Part shown: one piece after another, positions 31,559 to 41,919 of the stretch
Numbering within the stretch: the first letter of the stretch is position 1
Layout: the number at the start of each line of letters is the position of its first letter
From: Candidatus Limnocylindrales bacterium
Lineage (GTDB): Bacteria; Patescibacteriota; Microgenomatia; Levybacterales; UBA12049
Length of the DNA: 64,000 nucleotides
NCBI GenBank assembly: GCA_035526025.1
Contig: DATLDE010000011.1
Location: 121,056-185,055 of the forward strand
Reading direction: 5' to 3'
Translations under genes and position numbers: made by a program
Notes under the pieces: generated by a model
Told to the model about the DNA's origin: nothing
What the model saw: the letters and a program-made list of their open reading frames with translations, nothing else
The model's database searches: none

Positions 31559-32371
31559 TTATAGACCAGAATATTTTTTATAATCTTCCCCTATTATTAT
31601 AACTATGTCGGCAATTGTTTTGCTATCTGTCTTTTTTAGAGGATATCTTAAAATCTTATGAAGCTTATTACTAGTATAACTATTTCGCACAAAATAATCT
31701 ATTATGGAATTAGGACTTTTGCTTCTTGATGAGGATACAGATACTACATTTCCTCCTCTATTTAGAATAACACGCTCAAGATTTTGACCAAGACCTGGTA
31801 TTTCTGTTGAATTTATTATCTGAATACTGAGATTTTCAGATACTAAATTACTGTCAGTAAAAAGAGTCTTAATTTGTTGATCGATGAGTATTTTATCTGT
31901 AAGGGCTGTAATATTTTCTTTCTTGATATTATTTTCAGAAACATTTTTTGAGATAAACCACAACCTAATTTTGTCAAAGATTGTCAGATCAGATCTTATA
32001 CCGTCTGCTACATTTATTGATTTCAAGAAAAATGTGTCAGTGGAATTTGCATCTAAATAATCTACAGAATCAATATATGACTCACTTATTAGTCCCAACT
32101 TTGCAGCAAGGTTATCCAATGGGATATTTACTTTATCAGTCTTGAGAATTGAAATTATTTTTTTGCTGGAATCAACGCCTATAATTGAAACTATTTTCTT
32201 ATTTTGTGAAACTGCAACCGTAATATTGCTACCATCAAACCTACTCTGACTTAATATAAAAAAACTACGCACAACAAGCGCACCACCCACTATCAATGCA
32301 ACAATAATGAAGTATACAAAAAAAGTCTTCAAGCTATTATTGTTCTCTGTGCTTGCATGATTTTTTTTCAT
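31559..32371 (-). CDS. Membrane-anchored protein with LytR_C-like C-terminal domain
   Basis: N-terminal TM helix and a C-terminal pattern (IQIINSTEIPGLGQNLERVILNRGGNVV…IVIIIGEDY) resembling the LytR/CpsA/Psr C-terminal domain. Confidence 0.45.
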   Translation of the reverse strand: MKKNHASTENNNSLKTFFVYFIIVALIVGGALVVRSFFILSQSRFDGSNITVAVSQNKKIVSIIGVDSSKKIISILKTDKVNIPLDNLAAKLGLISESYIDSVDYLDANSTDTFFLKSINVADGIRSDLTIFDKIRLWFISKNVSENNIKKENITALTDKILIDQQIKTLFTDSNLVSENLSIQIINSTEIPGLGQNLERVILNRGGNVVSVSSSRSKSPNSIIDYFVRNSYTSNKLHKILRYPLKKTDSKTIADIVIIIGEDYKKYSGL

Positions 32372-32424
32372 ATATTTAAGTATATCAAAATTTTACACAT
32401 GAGGGATAAGACCTAATAATGATT

Positions 32425-33177
32425 TCAAGAATTATCCTGTAAATGCTCAACTGCATCAGTGAGCTCTGAAGGGAGTCCGCTTGAAAATGAAACATTCTTT
32501 TGATTTTTTGGATGTAAAAACGAAATTCCTGCTGCATGCAAAAATACTCGAGGCAGTACTTTTCTATCCTTTCTTGAGGTCTTACGTCCAGCATATAAAA
32601 AATCAGAAAAAATAGGATGCCCAATATACTTTAAATGAACTCTGATCTGATGGGTTCTACCTGATTGTGGATATAACTCAACAAGCGACAGATACTCTTT
32701 TAATTTACTAATATATATGTGCTGAAGAACTTTATAATCTGTTCTAGATTCTCTTCCACCTGGTATTATTCCAAATTGTTTCCTATTCCATGGCAACCTT
32801 CCAACTGGAACATTTATTTCTCCTTTATCTGGGGATATCTTACCATGAGCTAATGAAACGTAAGTTTTTTTAATAGTCCTCTCCTTAAACTGTTTTTGTA
32901 GATTTATAAATGCTGATTCGCTCTTAGCAATTAGCAAAATTCCTGATGTTTCTTTATCTAAACGGTGAACAATTCCACCTCTATTATAAAAATCGCTTTC
33001 TGAATTTTCATCCGACATTTCGGAATTAATTTTCAGTTTATGTTCAGCCCAATCTTGAACTGTAATTTCATTAACTGTTGTTTCTGATTTATTAACTGTT
33101 ATTCCTGCAGGCTTATCAACAATTAATAATTCGTCGTCTTCATGTATTATTTTTATAAGATCAGTATATGAATTCAT
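32425..33177 (-). CDS. Pseudouridine synthase, RluA family
   Basis: Catalytic HRLDKETSG motif and the RluA-family C-terminus. Confidence 0.85.
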   Translation of the reverse strand: MNSYTDLIKIIHEDDELLIVDKPAGITVNKSETTVNEITVQDWAEHKLKINSEMSDENSESDFYNRGGIVHRLDKETSGILLIAKSESAFINLQKQFKERTIKKTYVSLAHGKISPDKGEINVPVGRLPWNRKQFGIIPGGRESRTDYKVLQHIYISKLKEYLSLVELYPQSGRTHQIRVHLKYIGHPIFSDFLYAGRKTSRKDRKVLPRVFLHAAGISFLHPKNQKNVSFSSGLPSELTDAVEHLQDNS

Positions 33178-33815
33178 TTTTGTATTTTAAGTAAAAAAGG
33201 TATACTTGCTAACAACATTAGAACCAGAATAACTGATTCAACTGAAATAATATTAGTTCTCTCGTAAAGTGCGCTAAACACTGAGGTAGCTATAGAAAAA
33301 GATGAATAAAAGACTATAAAGAAAACACTTAGACTCCCCTCTCTTATACTTCTACTCATAATTCGTGGGAATAACTTCTTTTTGAAATAAATAGCTACTA
33401 ATAAATAAATAAAAGCTTTTGCAAAATACAAATAACGTTGCATGTCGCTACCTATTACTCCTTGGAGGAATAACCAAAATGTTGCAGCTGATAAAAAACT
33501 AATTGTAAAAAAATCAAAAAATCTTCCAAGAGGGATTCTTTTATACTTCGCTATCAGAAATAACATTATAGAAGTAATTAGAATAGAAAATGTTAGTTGC
33601 TCATTCTTATTATGAGCTACAAAGTGTAGAAAAAACCAGTTAGCGAATATTGCTACAAATGAGTAATCAAAAAAATGATCAAGTTTTATATTTCGCCTAA
33701 AAAATACATGATCGTCTTTAACCAACTTAAAAATTGTGTATAAGAATATGAAAAACGATGGTATAAATATTAATATTTGCATAATCCTATTTACTAAATA
33801 TCCATGTAAATCCAA
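33174..33815 (-). CDS. Integral membrane protein; weak Lgt-like (prolipoprotein diacylglyceryl transferase) features but the signature is degenerate
   Basis: The segment KYKRIPLGRFFDFF resembles the Lgt region before the G-R-x-G-N-F signature. The signature itself is absent. Confidence 0.35.
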   Translation of the reverse strand: MDLHGYLVNRIMQILIFIPSFFIFLYTIFKLVKDDHVFFRRNIKLDHFFDYSFVAIFANWFFLHFVAHNKNEQLTFSILITSIMLFLIAKYKRIPLGRFFDFFTISFLSAATFWLFLQGVIGSDMQRYLYFAKAFIYLLVAIYFKKKLFPRIMSRSIREGSLSVFFIVFYSSFSIATSVFSALYERTNIISVESVILVLMLLASIPFLLKIQK

Positions 33816-35043
33816 GGAGTATAAGACCTACCCCAATTCCAGTGATTACTGCACCTACGCCTATTAAATCAGACAGGCTTCCTGCAAGTACTATTGGAAA
33901 GAGAGAGAGTAATCCAATAATACTATTTAAAAAACCATATATTTTTCCTCTTATTTCGTCAGTAGTTTTTTCTTGAAGAATTGTGTTTGCTGGTACGAAA
34001 ACAAATGAATTTGCTACTCCAATTACAAAAGCAAGTACCACCATTATATGTAATATGTTAATTTCTAAAATAGGCGGAAGAGATAAATTTAAAGTCTGCG
34101 CAAAAGCTCTTGACGCAACTTTAGAACCATATGGAAGCAGTAGCAAAGCTATACCAGACATAAATATTCCTGTTGCTATCAACTTATTTTTTTTATAACT
34201 GTGGAAATAATGAACTAATATCACACCTCCTATAACTGTTCCTAGGGCAGCAGGAGCTGCAAATAGTAAAGCGAAATCCTCTATAGGTATTTTCAAAATT
34301 TCCTGCGAATACCCTGGAGCAATAGTTGCTATAGTCAGAGTTAAAATTTGCGAAAAAGCTAATAAAAAAAGCGAACTGGAAATTTCTTTTGTTTTAGACA
34401 TAAGAGAAAATGTAGACCTAACATCTTTTAAGAAATTCGGTTTTGTAGTTATATTTTTACTCTTAATGGGTGTACGCATTTTGATCAACGATATAGCAAA
34501 TGCACCAAGTAGTAATAAAATTGATAAGAGAATTAATGTTTTGGCAGGTTTTAAAATGAGCAATACAGGACCGGATAAAACATATGCGATTAATATTGAT
34601 CCAAATATTGCCATCCCGAATAATGCATTTGCTGAAAGCAAATTATCTTCTTTCACTGTTAATGGGATCATCGGTGACTCTGCAGGAATAACAAATTGCA
34701 CCAAGACTGTAATAAATAGAGAAATTAAATAAATCATTACCAGATTATTTAGGAAAAATATCATGCATATAAGCAAAACCGCGCGAAGGATATTTGAAAT
34801 TATAAGTACGCGTTTTTTATCCCACCTGTCTACATATACCCCAGCAATTGATCCAAAAAATATCGCAGGCAGCGTAAATGTCAGAACAGCACCTGAAACA
34901 GCTGTATTAGAATTTGTTATCTTGAAGACCAAAAGTATTAAAAAAAAATTAAATAAATGTGTTGGGATTTGAGTAAAAATTTCACCTATCCAGAAATAAA
35001 AAAAGGGCTTTTCTTTGAGAGCACCAAATGTGTTATTCTTCAT
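33787..35043 (-). CDS. MFS transporter
   Basis: Twelve TM helices and the MFS_3-like motif GVYVDRWDKKRV. Confidence 0.8.
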   Translation of the reverse strand: MKNNTFGALKEKPFFYFWIGEIFTQIPTHLFNFFLILLVFKITNSNTAVSGAVLTFTLPAIFFGSIAGVYVDRWDKKRVLIISNILRAVLLICMIFFLNNLVMIYLISLFITVLVQFVIPAESPMIPLTVKEDNLLSANALFGMAIFGSILIAYVLSGPVLLILKPAKTLILLSILLLLGAFAISLIKMRTPIKSKNITTKPNFLKDVRSTFSLMSKTKEISSSLFLLAFSQILTLTIATIAPGYSQEILKIPIEDFALLFAAPAALGTVIGGVILVHYFHSYKKNKLIATGIFMSGIALLLLPYGSKVASRAFAQTLNLSLPPILEINILHIMVVLAFVIGVANSFVFVPANTILQEKTTDEIRGKIYGFLNSIIGLLSLFPIVLAGSLSDLIGVGAVITGIGVGLILLGFTWIFSK

Positions 35044-35600
35044 GACTGAGCTTTTTCTGTATATGCTCCTGTTCTGGTATCCACTTTAATTAAATCCCCT
35101 ACGCTTATAAATAAAGGAACTTTTGTTTTGATATTATTCTCAAGTATTGCCTCTTTAAATACATTTGTCGCTGAGTTGCCTTTTGCCCCAGGCGCAGTTT
35201 CTATAACTTTAAAAACCATTTTTGGTGGAAGCAAAACAGATAGAGGTTTTCCATCCAATATTGATACTGGAAAAGTCTCTCCTTCTTTAAGATATTCGTT
35301 ATCTGGAACAAGCTCAATTGGGATATTAACCTGTTCGAACGTGCTAGGATCCATAAAAAATACCTCGCTGTCATCTTTATACAGATATTGCATTTCCCTT
35401 TTATTTACAGGAATATCTGAGACCTTTGCTCCATTTGTGTAGCCTTTTTCTGTCGTGGATCCTGTTTTGAGATTTCTGACTTTTACTTTTATATTTGCAC
35501 TGCCCCTACCCATTTTTATGTGCTCGTATGAAACCACAGTAAAATACTGTCCATCTTCTTCATAAGTTGTGCCTGCTCTAAGCTCAGTTACTGATATCAT
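35040..35600 (-). CDS. efp: Elongation factor P
   Basis: 186 aa with the KOW-like N-terminus (GTTYEEDGQYFTVV) and the lysine loop region VRNLKTG. Confidence 0.9.
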   Translation of the reverse strand: MISVTELRAGTTYEEDGQYFTVVSYEHIKMGRGSANIKVKVRNLKTGSTTEKGYTNGAKVSDIPVNKREMQYLYKDDSEVFFMDPSTFEQVNIPIELVPDNEYLKEGETFPVSILDGKPLSVLLPPKMVFKVIETAPGAKGNSATNVFKEAILENNIKTKVPLFISVGDLIKVDTRTGAYTEKAQS

Positions 35601-35645
35601 AATACAATCAATTTTAACAGTTTTCTAGGCATTTTACCAGAGTCA

Positions 35646-38231
35646 CTAGCTCTGAGGAGAATTCAGGAATTCTTCAATACTTTCATAGTCTCTTTTCAGC
35701 CATTCATCATTTGACTCTATTTTTTCAATTACTTGCTTAATAGTTCGCTCAGCGCCAGGTGCACCATGAATTTTGAAAAATTTTTCAACTTCCAATGAAT
35801 TCTCTTTTTTTGTAAAAAATTCAACAGGCTCAACAAATCTTGAAAATAGATGACCACCACTATAGCGCTTAACAATTTGATCCCAATTACGCTTCAGAAA
35901 ATCCCAAGCAAGTGGCTTTCCGTATGGGTTCATAAATATAAAATATATAGACTTAAATGAGTCCTGAGTGCGCACTTCCGTTGAAAAACCTAACTCCAAA
36001 GTATTTGTAAGAAGCTTTTTTTGCTTGAAACTGCACAGTGATTTAAAAATACGATCTTTTTCTTCCTGCAGCGCTTCCTCTCGATATAGTTTTAATAAGT
36101 CATTATATATCTGCTCATTTCCATATCTGGCAACAATTGAGTACACGACTCCTCTCAAATCAGATTCAATCTGCTTCTTTTCTTTTACTATCTGCTCAAA
36201 CATTTCTTGAGCAGTTCTTATAGTATTTCCATCTCCATATTTCCCAAGGCTGGATAATATTACGCTTCTTAAAAGAGTTGTGCTATGACTTTCATTATCG
36301 GCCTTTTCCCATCCTACCTTTTTACCGATATCTTTTAAAATATTCAAAGCATATTTTTCGAAACAATTATAAACTTTTTCTTCGGAGAGAAGATTGCTTA
36401 AACTTGCAAGCTGCGACGCAATTTCTGACCAGACAATATAACTTTCTTCTCCCTTGTATGAAGCGTATGCAGTTAATGCTTGTACTGTTGATATCTGTCC
36501 AGCTTCTGACAAAACCATTAAATCCCTGATAATCCCAAATCTATCAATTGTTGACAATTCATTTCCTTCTATCGCTTTTAATAAGTTTATTAAATTCTGC
36601 ATCGAGTACCCAACTCTAACCATGCTCGATTCACCGGCATTAAGCTTTATCCATTCTGACTTCGAATTAACAGGAAGGATAATTTTCTGTTTATCTATTA
36701 AATGATATTCTGGTTCTTTATTTAATTCTGAAATATAATTCATTGGGATATCCCAAATGGTATTATCTTTAGATTTTTTCTGTGAATGGATACTTGAAAA
36801 AAACCTGGATTGGGAAAGAACTATTTCATCATTTGTGTTCTTAACTGTGATCAGTGGGTAGCCGGGTTTTTGTGTCCAATTATTCATAATTTTTTCAACA
36901 GGCTTCCCAGAAACTTTCTCAAGCGCATTCCACAAATCAGAAGTTGAGGCATTACTGTAAGAGTGCTTTTTGAGATATACCTGCAATCCCTTTCTAAACA
37001 CATCTGGACCCAAATATTCTGCAAGCATTCTGATAATTGTTGCTCCTTTGGAATAACTGACAGAATCAAATATTTCGCTAATTTCAGTAGGATTGTGCAC
37101 TTCAACTTCAATTGAATGAGTATTTTCAAGTCCATCCAAGTCCAACGCGCGACTTTGATCCATATAAACAAATTGGGTCCACATGTCCCACTCAGGGAAA
37201 ATATGATCTACTGCAAAATACTCTATGTATGAAGCAAATCCCTCATTAAGCCAAAGATGTGTCCACCATTCCATGGTCACAAGATTTCCAAACCATTGAT
37301 GTGCAAGTTCATGTGCAATTACAATAGCGACCCATTGCTTATTTACTGTAGAAGTATTTATTGGATCAACCAATAGAGCAGTTTCACGATAGGTCACAGC
37401 TCCCCAATTTTCCATAGCACCAGCTGCAAAATCCGGTATAGCGATTAAATCCATAACTGGAAGTGGGTAAGGAATTTTAAAATAGTCGGAGAAAAATGAG
37501 AGAGTCTTTACTGCTACTCCAAGTGCAAATTCTGCCTGTTCTTTTTTCCCTGGAGTTACAAATACCCTAACAAGAGTCCCCTCTTTCGTCTTCTTCTCAA
37601 TATGCACAAATTTCCCAACAACAAAAGCCAAAAGATATGTAGACATTTTCGGAGTAGGATCAAATGTCACCGCTTTAAATCCGACTTCCTGCTCTACAAT
37701 CTTATTGGCTATTGTATTAGAAATCGCAGTGTATTCTTCAGGCACAATAAGAGTTATTTTAAAAATCGCTTTCAGTGCGGGTTCATCAAAGCATGGGAAA
37801 GCACGTCTTGCATCGGTTGATTCAAATTGTGTAACTGCTATAAAATTTTCTACTGAATCAACTAAGTATTTACTTTTGTAAAAACCTCTCATTTTGTCAT
37901 TTAAGATTCCTGTGAACTCTATGCTTAGCTTTCCCTTTCCCTCAGACAATTCTGTGGGAAAATCAAACCTAGCTGTTTCGGTAGATTTATCAAAAGTAAC
38001 TATTCCCTCAATTGAATCGTTATAAATAACATTTTGTATTTCTAATTCATCAGAGTGAATTTGGAGATGATTTGTAGATTTTTTTAAATCAATTATTATT
38101 TCTTCTTCACCCTTAAAGGTAAAAGTTGAAAAATCCGGCTGAACAGTAATAGAATATTCAAGAGGAATAACGTCTTTAGATAAGCGAACATTTTTTTTAT
38201 TTGACAGCATAAATTGCAGAAAACTGCGCAA
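35646..38231 (-). CDS. pepN: M1-family aminopeptidase N
   Basis: GAMENWG exopeptidase motif, the HELAHQWFGNLVT(x)18…E zinc site and a C-terminal ERAP1-like helical domain. Confidence 0.9.
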   Translation of the reverse strand: MRSFLQFMLSNKKNVRLSKDVIPLEYSITVQPDFSTFTFKGEEEIIIDLKKSTNHLQIHSDELEIQNVIYNDSIEGIVTFDKSTETARFDFPTELSEGKGKLSIEFTGILNDKMRGFYKSKYLVDSVENFIAVTQFESTDARRAFPCFDEPALKAIFKITLIVPEEYTAISNTIANKIVEQEVGFKAVTFDPTPKMSTYLLAFVVGKFVHIEKKTKEGTLVRVFVTPGKKEQAEFALGVAVKTLSFFSDYFKIPYPLPVMDLIAIPDFAAGAMENWGAVTYRETALLVDPINTSTVNKQWVAIVIAHELAHQWFGNLVTMEWWTHLWLNEGFASYIEYFAVDHIFPEWDMWTQFVYMDQSRALDLDGLENTHSIEVEVHNPTEISEIFDSVSYSKGATIIRMLAEYLGPDVFRKGLQVYLKKHSYSNASTSDLWNALEKVSGKPVEKIMNNWTQKPGYPLITVKNTNDEIVLSQSRFFSSIHSQKKSKDNTIWDIPMNYISELNKEPEYHLIDKQKIILPVNSKSEWIKLNAGESSMVRVGYSMQNLINLLKAIEGNELSTIDRFGIIRDLMVLSEAGQISTVQALTAYASYKGEESYIVWSEIASQLASLSNLLSEEKVYNCFEKYALNILKDIGKKVGWEKADNESHSTTLLRSVILSSLGKYGDGNTIRTAQEMFEQIVKEKKQIESDLRGVVYSIVARYGNEQIYNDLLKLYREEALQEEKDRIFKSLCSFKQKKLLTNTLELGFSTEVRTQDSFKSIYFIFMNPYGKPLAWDFLKRNWDQIVKRYSGGHLFSRFVEPVEFFTKKENSLEVEKFFKIHGAPGAERTIKQVIEKIESNDEWLKRDYESIEEFLNSPQS

Positions 38232-38273
38232 AAAGTATATAATATACGAGCTCTAAAAACAAGGCGATAAAGA

Positions 38274-38356
38274 GCCGAGATGGCGGAATGGTATACGCGG
38301 TAGTCTCAAAAACTACTAGTCGCAAGGCTATGGGGGTTCGACTCCCCCTCTCGGCA
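38274..38356 (+). tRNA. tRNA-Leu (anticodon CAA), type II with long variable arm
   Basis: Hand-folded. Acceptor GCCGAGA/TCTCGGC; anticodon stem GTAGT/ACTAC with loop CTCAAAA; variable arm AGTC-GCAA-GGCT; T-arm GGGGG-TTCGACT-CCCCC. CCA is not encoded. Confidence 0.85.
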
Positions 38357-38364
38357 CAATAAAT

Positions 38365-39198
38365 ATGACACCTAAAAACTTCTCCCAAAACGGCAAGATT
38401 CAGCCAATTGAAAAAGCAAACATTCCATTTTCAAATATAGAATATGCATATGGATATGGAGTATATGAATCACTAAGAATTAGGAATGGAATAGTTTTTT
38501 TTGAAAAACAACATATCGATAGACTCATAAATTCTGCATCAATTTTAGAAATCGAACATCCCTTCACCAAAGAAATTATTTCTGAAAGTATCTCAAATTT
38601 AATAATACTTGAAGCACCAAGTACTTGCAATTTGAAAATATTACTTATCGGTGGGAAATCGCCTAGCGATGCAAAACTAAATATATTTCTTCTTAATCCC
38701 CTTTTCCCTGATCGCAAATTATATTCAGACGGCATGAATACTATTACATATAAATACCAAAGATTGTTTCCAAATGCAAAAACATTAAGCATGCTGGGAA
38801 GCTACATGGCATACAAAAAAGCAAAGGAAAATAATTGTTATGACGCTTTACTGATCGATGAAAATAAAAATATAATCGAAGGAACCAGAACAAATTTTTT
38901 TGCAATGAAAGGTAAAAAAATATTTACAGCACCAAAAGAAAAAATACTTGAGGGAATTACTAGGGAAATTGTTATACTCCTGGCTAAAGAAGATGACTAT
39001 GAAATTATTGAAGATGAAATATCAATAAATAAACTTTCAAGTTATGACTCAGCGTTTCTCACAAGTACCAGCTCAAAAATCATTCCGGTAAAGAATATTG
39101 ACAGTCATAAATTTACAAACATTTCTGATGAACTTAGAAATTTAATGAATTTGTACGATAAATTCCTAGAAAGCTCAAATGGGGTCTTTGATTTTTGA
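38365..39198 (+). CDS. Class-IV aminotransferase (D-amino-acid or branched-chain aminotransferase family)
   Basis: EGTRTNFF and GITR motifs. Its position beside alr and ddl suggests a D-alanine aminotransferase role. Confidence 0.65.
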   Translation: MTPKNFSQNGKIQPIEKANIPFSNIEYAYGYGVYESLRIRNGIVFFEKQHIDRLINSASILEIEHPFTKEIISESISNLIILEAPSTCNLKILLIGGKSPSDAKLNIFLLNPLFPDRKLYSDGMNTITYKYQRLFPNAKTLSMLGSYMAYKKAKENNCYDALLIDENKNIIEGTRTNFFAMKGKKIFTAPKEKILEGITREIVILLAKEDDYEIIEDEISINKLSSYDSAFLTSTSSKIIPVKNIDSHKFTNISDELRNLMNLYDKFLESSNGVFDF

Positions 39199-39726
39199 GA
39201 TATTAACACCTAACTTTTTCAATTCATTTGCAACCTCATGAACTGGCAATCCCAAAACACTTGAATAATCACCTTCAAATTTTTCTACAAAAATGTCTTT
39301 TACATCTTGTATCCCATAAGCCCCTGCTTTATCAAAAGGATGAAACTGATCAATATAATTCTCTATTTCGAATTTATCTAACTTTCTAAACCAAACTTTA
39401 TTTTTTAATGATTTGCTAATAATTTTTTCTGATTTCTTATCAAGAATTACAAAACCAGTAATTACACTATGCATTTTCCCACTTAACATTTCCAGCATTT
39501 TTATAGCATCTTCACTGTCTTTTGGTTTGCCCAAAACCAAATCTCCGATCACAACTGTTGTATCTGCAGCAATTATAATTGAGTCTGACGCTCTAAATGA
39601 CACATTCTTTGCTTTTTGCATTGCGATATTTAATGCTTGCTGAGTGGATTTCAAAGCGGGATCTAAAACTTCTTCGATATTGCTAACAACCACTTCAAAT
39701 TCTATTCCAAGTTTTTTAAGAAGCAT
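39175..39726 (-). CDS. maf: Maf-like nucleoside-triphosphate pyrophosphatase (septum formation protein)
   Basis: Motifs IIAADTVV…GKP and AGAYGIQ. Confidence 0.85.
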   Translation of the reverse strand: MLLKKLGIEFEVVVSNIEEVLDPALKSTQQALNIAMQKAKNVSFRASDSIIIAADTTVVIGDLVLGKPKDSEDAIKMLEMLSGKMHSVITGFVILDKKSEKIISKSLKNKVWFRKLDKFEIENYIDQFHPFDKAGAYGIQDVKDIFVEKFEGDYSSVLGLPVHEVANELKKLGVNISKIKDPI

Positions 39727-39771
39727 TTTTCTTCTCGGAGAACCCGATGCAAGTATAATTTTTTCATAATT

Positions 39772-40899
39772 CTAATTTAGTACACTACGCTTGGTTGTAG
39801 AAGCCAATCCAACCAGTAAATCATAAGGTATAGTTTGACACAACCGCGACGCACTCAAAATGGAATTCTTTTCTTTAATTTTATTTGAGTATACAACTAC
39901 AGAATCTCCTACTGATGGGCTTTTTATATTACTTAAATCGATAAGAGTTATATTCATGCTTACCCTTCCTATTACTGGACAAAGTTGGTTATTAACAGTA
40001 ACAAACCCCGAATTTGAAAGTCTTCTATCGACCCCATCAAAATAGCCTACGGGCAGAACACCAATAGTCATTTTTTTCTTAGCAATATATGTAAAATTAT
40101 ATCCAATCCCTTCTCCTTTAAGAATATTTTTAACTTGATTTATTTTTGTTTTAAACTCAAGAGCTGGCTGTAGTTTTGTATTTACTTTTTCTGGATCTAT
40201 TCCATATATCGCAATACCGCACCTGGCAAGGTTTCCTATTTTTTTCTTGTATTTTCTATAATTTAACACTGCCGATGAATTTCCAAGATGCACCCATTTG
40301 GGAAAAATACCTGCTGTACTGCAGATCAATTGAGCTTTTTTAAAATTTTTTACTTGCCGTGTAGTTTTTGAATTATCAAATTTCTCAGACGCTGCCAGAT
40401 GAGACATCAATCCATCTACTCTCATGTTTCCAAATGATTTTATATAATCCAAGAAAGTCGCTAGTTCCTCTATCCGTATGCCTTCCCTGCTCATTCCCGT
40501 ATCAACAAATATATGAATTCCAGCATGTGATTGATATTTACTAATTGCTTCAATCATATCCATACTTGAAACAGCATATGAAAAAGGAAGTTTTTTTATC
40601 TTCAAATTTTCAGGATCAACATAACCCAAAATAAGTACAGGTGTCTTAATATTATGATTTAACAATTCATATGCTTCGTATAAACTGTCTACGCAGAAAT
40701 ACGCAGCATTTAATTTATCAAGAGCCTTAGCAACCTGTATTAATCCATGTCCATAGGCATTACTTTTTAAAACCGGAACAATATTTAATTCTTTATCAAT
40801 TTTTGCTAGATATGAAAAATTGTTTATCAATGCTGATCTTGAAAGCTCAATTGAATTAAGTGGATGGTATTTATTACCAAGAAATGATCTAAAGCTCAT
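39772..40899 (-). CDS. alr: Alanine racemase
   Basis: PLP-lysine motif VLKSNAYGHG, the N-terminal TIM-barrel and C-terminal beta-domain patterns. Confidence 0.9.
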   Translation of the reverse strand: MSFRSFLGNKYHPLNSIELSRSALINNFSYLAKIDKELNIVPVLKSNAYGHGLIQVAKALDKLNAAYFCVDSLYEAYELLNHNIKTPVLILGYVDPENLKIKKLPFSYAVSSMDMIEAISKYQSHAGIHIFVDTGMSREGIRIEELATFLDYIKSFGNMRVDGLMSHLAASEKFDNSKTTRQVKNFKKAQLICSTAGIFPKWVHLGNSSAVLNYRKYKKKIGNLARCGIAIYGIDPEKVNTKLQPALEFKTKINQVKNILKGEGIGYNFTYIAKKKMTIGVLPVGYFDGVDRRLSNSGFVTVNNQLCPVIGRVSMNITLIDLSNIKSPSVGDSVVVYSNKIKEKNSILSASRLCQTIPYDLLVGLASTTKRSVLN

Positions 40900-40908
40900 A
40901 AATAGTCA

Positions 40909-41919
40909 TTAAAGAGTTGTTCTAAATTTATTTTGAGTTTTGAACCTATCAATAGCTAACTGAATAAGCCTATCTATTAATTCAGGGTATGCTATTCCAC
41001 TTTTCTCCCAAAGCTTTGGGTACATAGAAATATTGGTAAAACCCGGAATAGTATTGGGTTCATTAATCAGTATCTTACCTGATTTCGTTAGAAAAAAGTC
41101 AATTCTGGACATACCCTCAAGACATAAAACCTTAAACGCTTTTATTGCTAATGCTTGAATTTCTTTAATCTTGGCATCTGAAATCCCTGCGGGAATTTTA
41201 AGCTTTGCACCTTCCGCGTCAATATACTTCGCTTCATAGTCATAGAATTCATGAGTTGGGATTATTTCTCCGGGAATTGAAGCTATTGGATTTTCATTAC
41301 CTAAAACTGCGCATTCTATTTCTTGACCTTCGGTATATTCTTCAATAATTATTTTTGCATCATATGAAAAAGCCGATTTTACGGCCTGATCAAAATCAGC
41401 TTCGTTCTTTACCTTTGAAACTCCTATTGAAGAACCCAAATTTGCTGGTTTTACAAAAAATGGAACTCCAAGTTCTTTTTTTACATCATCAAAATGTATC
41501 TCATCCTTCCTTTCAAAAACAAGAAATTTTCCGATAGGCAATCCAGCATCGCGCAACAGTCTCTTTGTCACGTCTTTATCCATTCCAATGGCAGACCCCA
41601 AAACTCCTGATCCGACAAAAGGAAGATTTGCTAATTTTAAAAATCCTTGTATGCTTCCATCTTCGCCATATGGCCCATGCATCACAGGAAAAACTAGGTC
41701 AATATTGTTGAGGGTAAAATTTATTTTTCCATCTTTATCAATTTTAATTGGAGTAACTTCATACTTATTCTTATCGAGCGCATTTATTACATTCTTCGCG
41801 GATTTCAGAGACACATCATGCTCTGCTGATTTCCCTCCATAAAGAACCGCGATTCTCAGCTTTTTGCTTTTCATATGGAGATAATACCTCTTTTTTTCAT
41901 GATAATCAATCTTTAGCAA
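40909..41919 (-). CDS. ddl: D-alanine--D-alanine ligase
   Basis: VMHGPYGEDGSIQG and ATP-grasp motifs; 336 aa. Confidence 0.9.
   Translation of the reverse strand: MLKIDYHEKKRYYLHMKSKKLRIAVLYGGKSAEHDVSLKSAKNVINALDKNKYEVTPIKIDKDGKINFTLNNIDLVFPVMHGPYGEDGSIQGFLKLANLPFVGSGVLGSAIGMDKDVTKRLLRDAGLPIGKFLVFERKDEIHFDDVKKELGVPFFVKPANLGSSIGVSKVKNEADFDQAVKSAFSYDAKIIIEEYTEGQEIECAVLGNENPIASIPGEIIPTHEFYDYEAKYIDAEGAKLKIPAGISDAKIKEIQALAIKAFKVLCLEGMSRIDFFLTKSGKILINEPNTIPGFTNISMYPKLWEKSGIAYPELIDRLIQLAIDRFKTQNKFRTTL

Noticed and set aside
33174-33815. Confident Lgt (prolipoprotein diacylglyceryl transferase) call
   Set aside because: The region before the signature is similar, but the G-R-x-G-N-F-x-N-x-E signature itself is missing. 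The call was downgraded to a membrane protein with a weak resemblance.
38197-38388. 63-aa minus-strand ORF
   Set aside because: It lies entirely over the tRNA-Leu(CAA) gene and the pepN/aminotransferase intergenic region, so it is an artefact.
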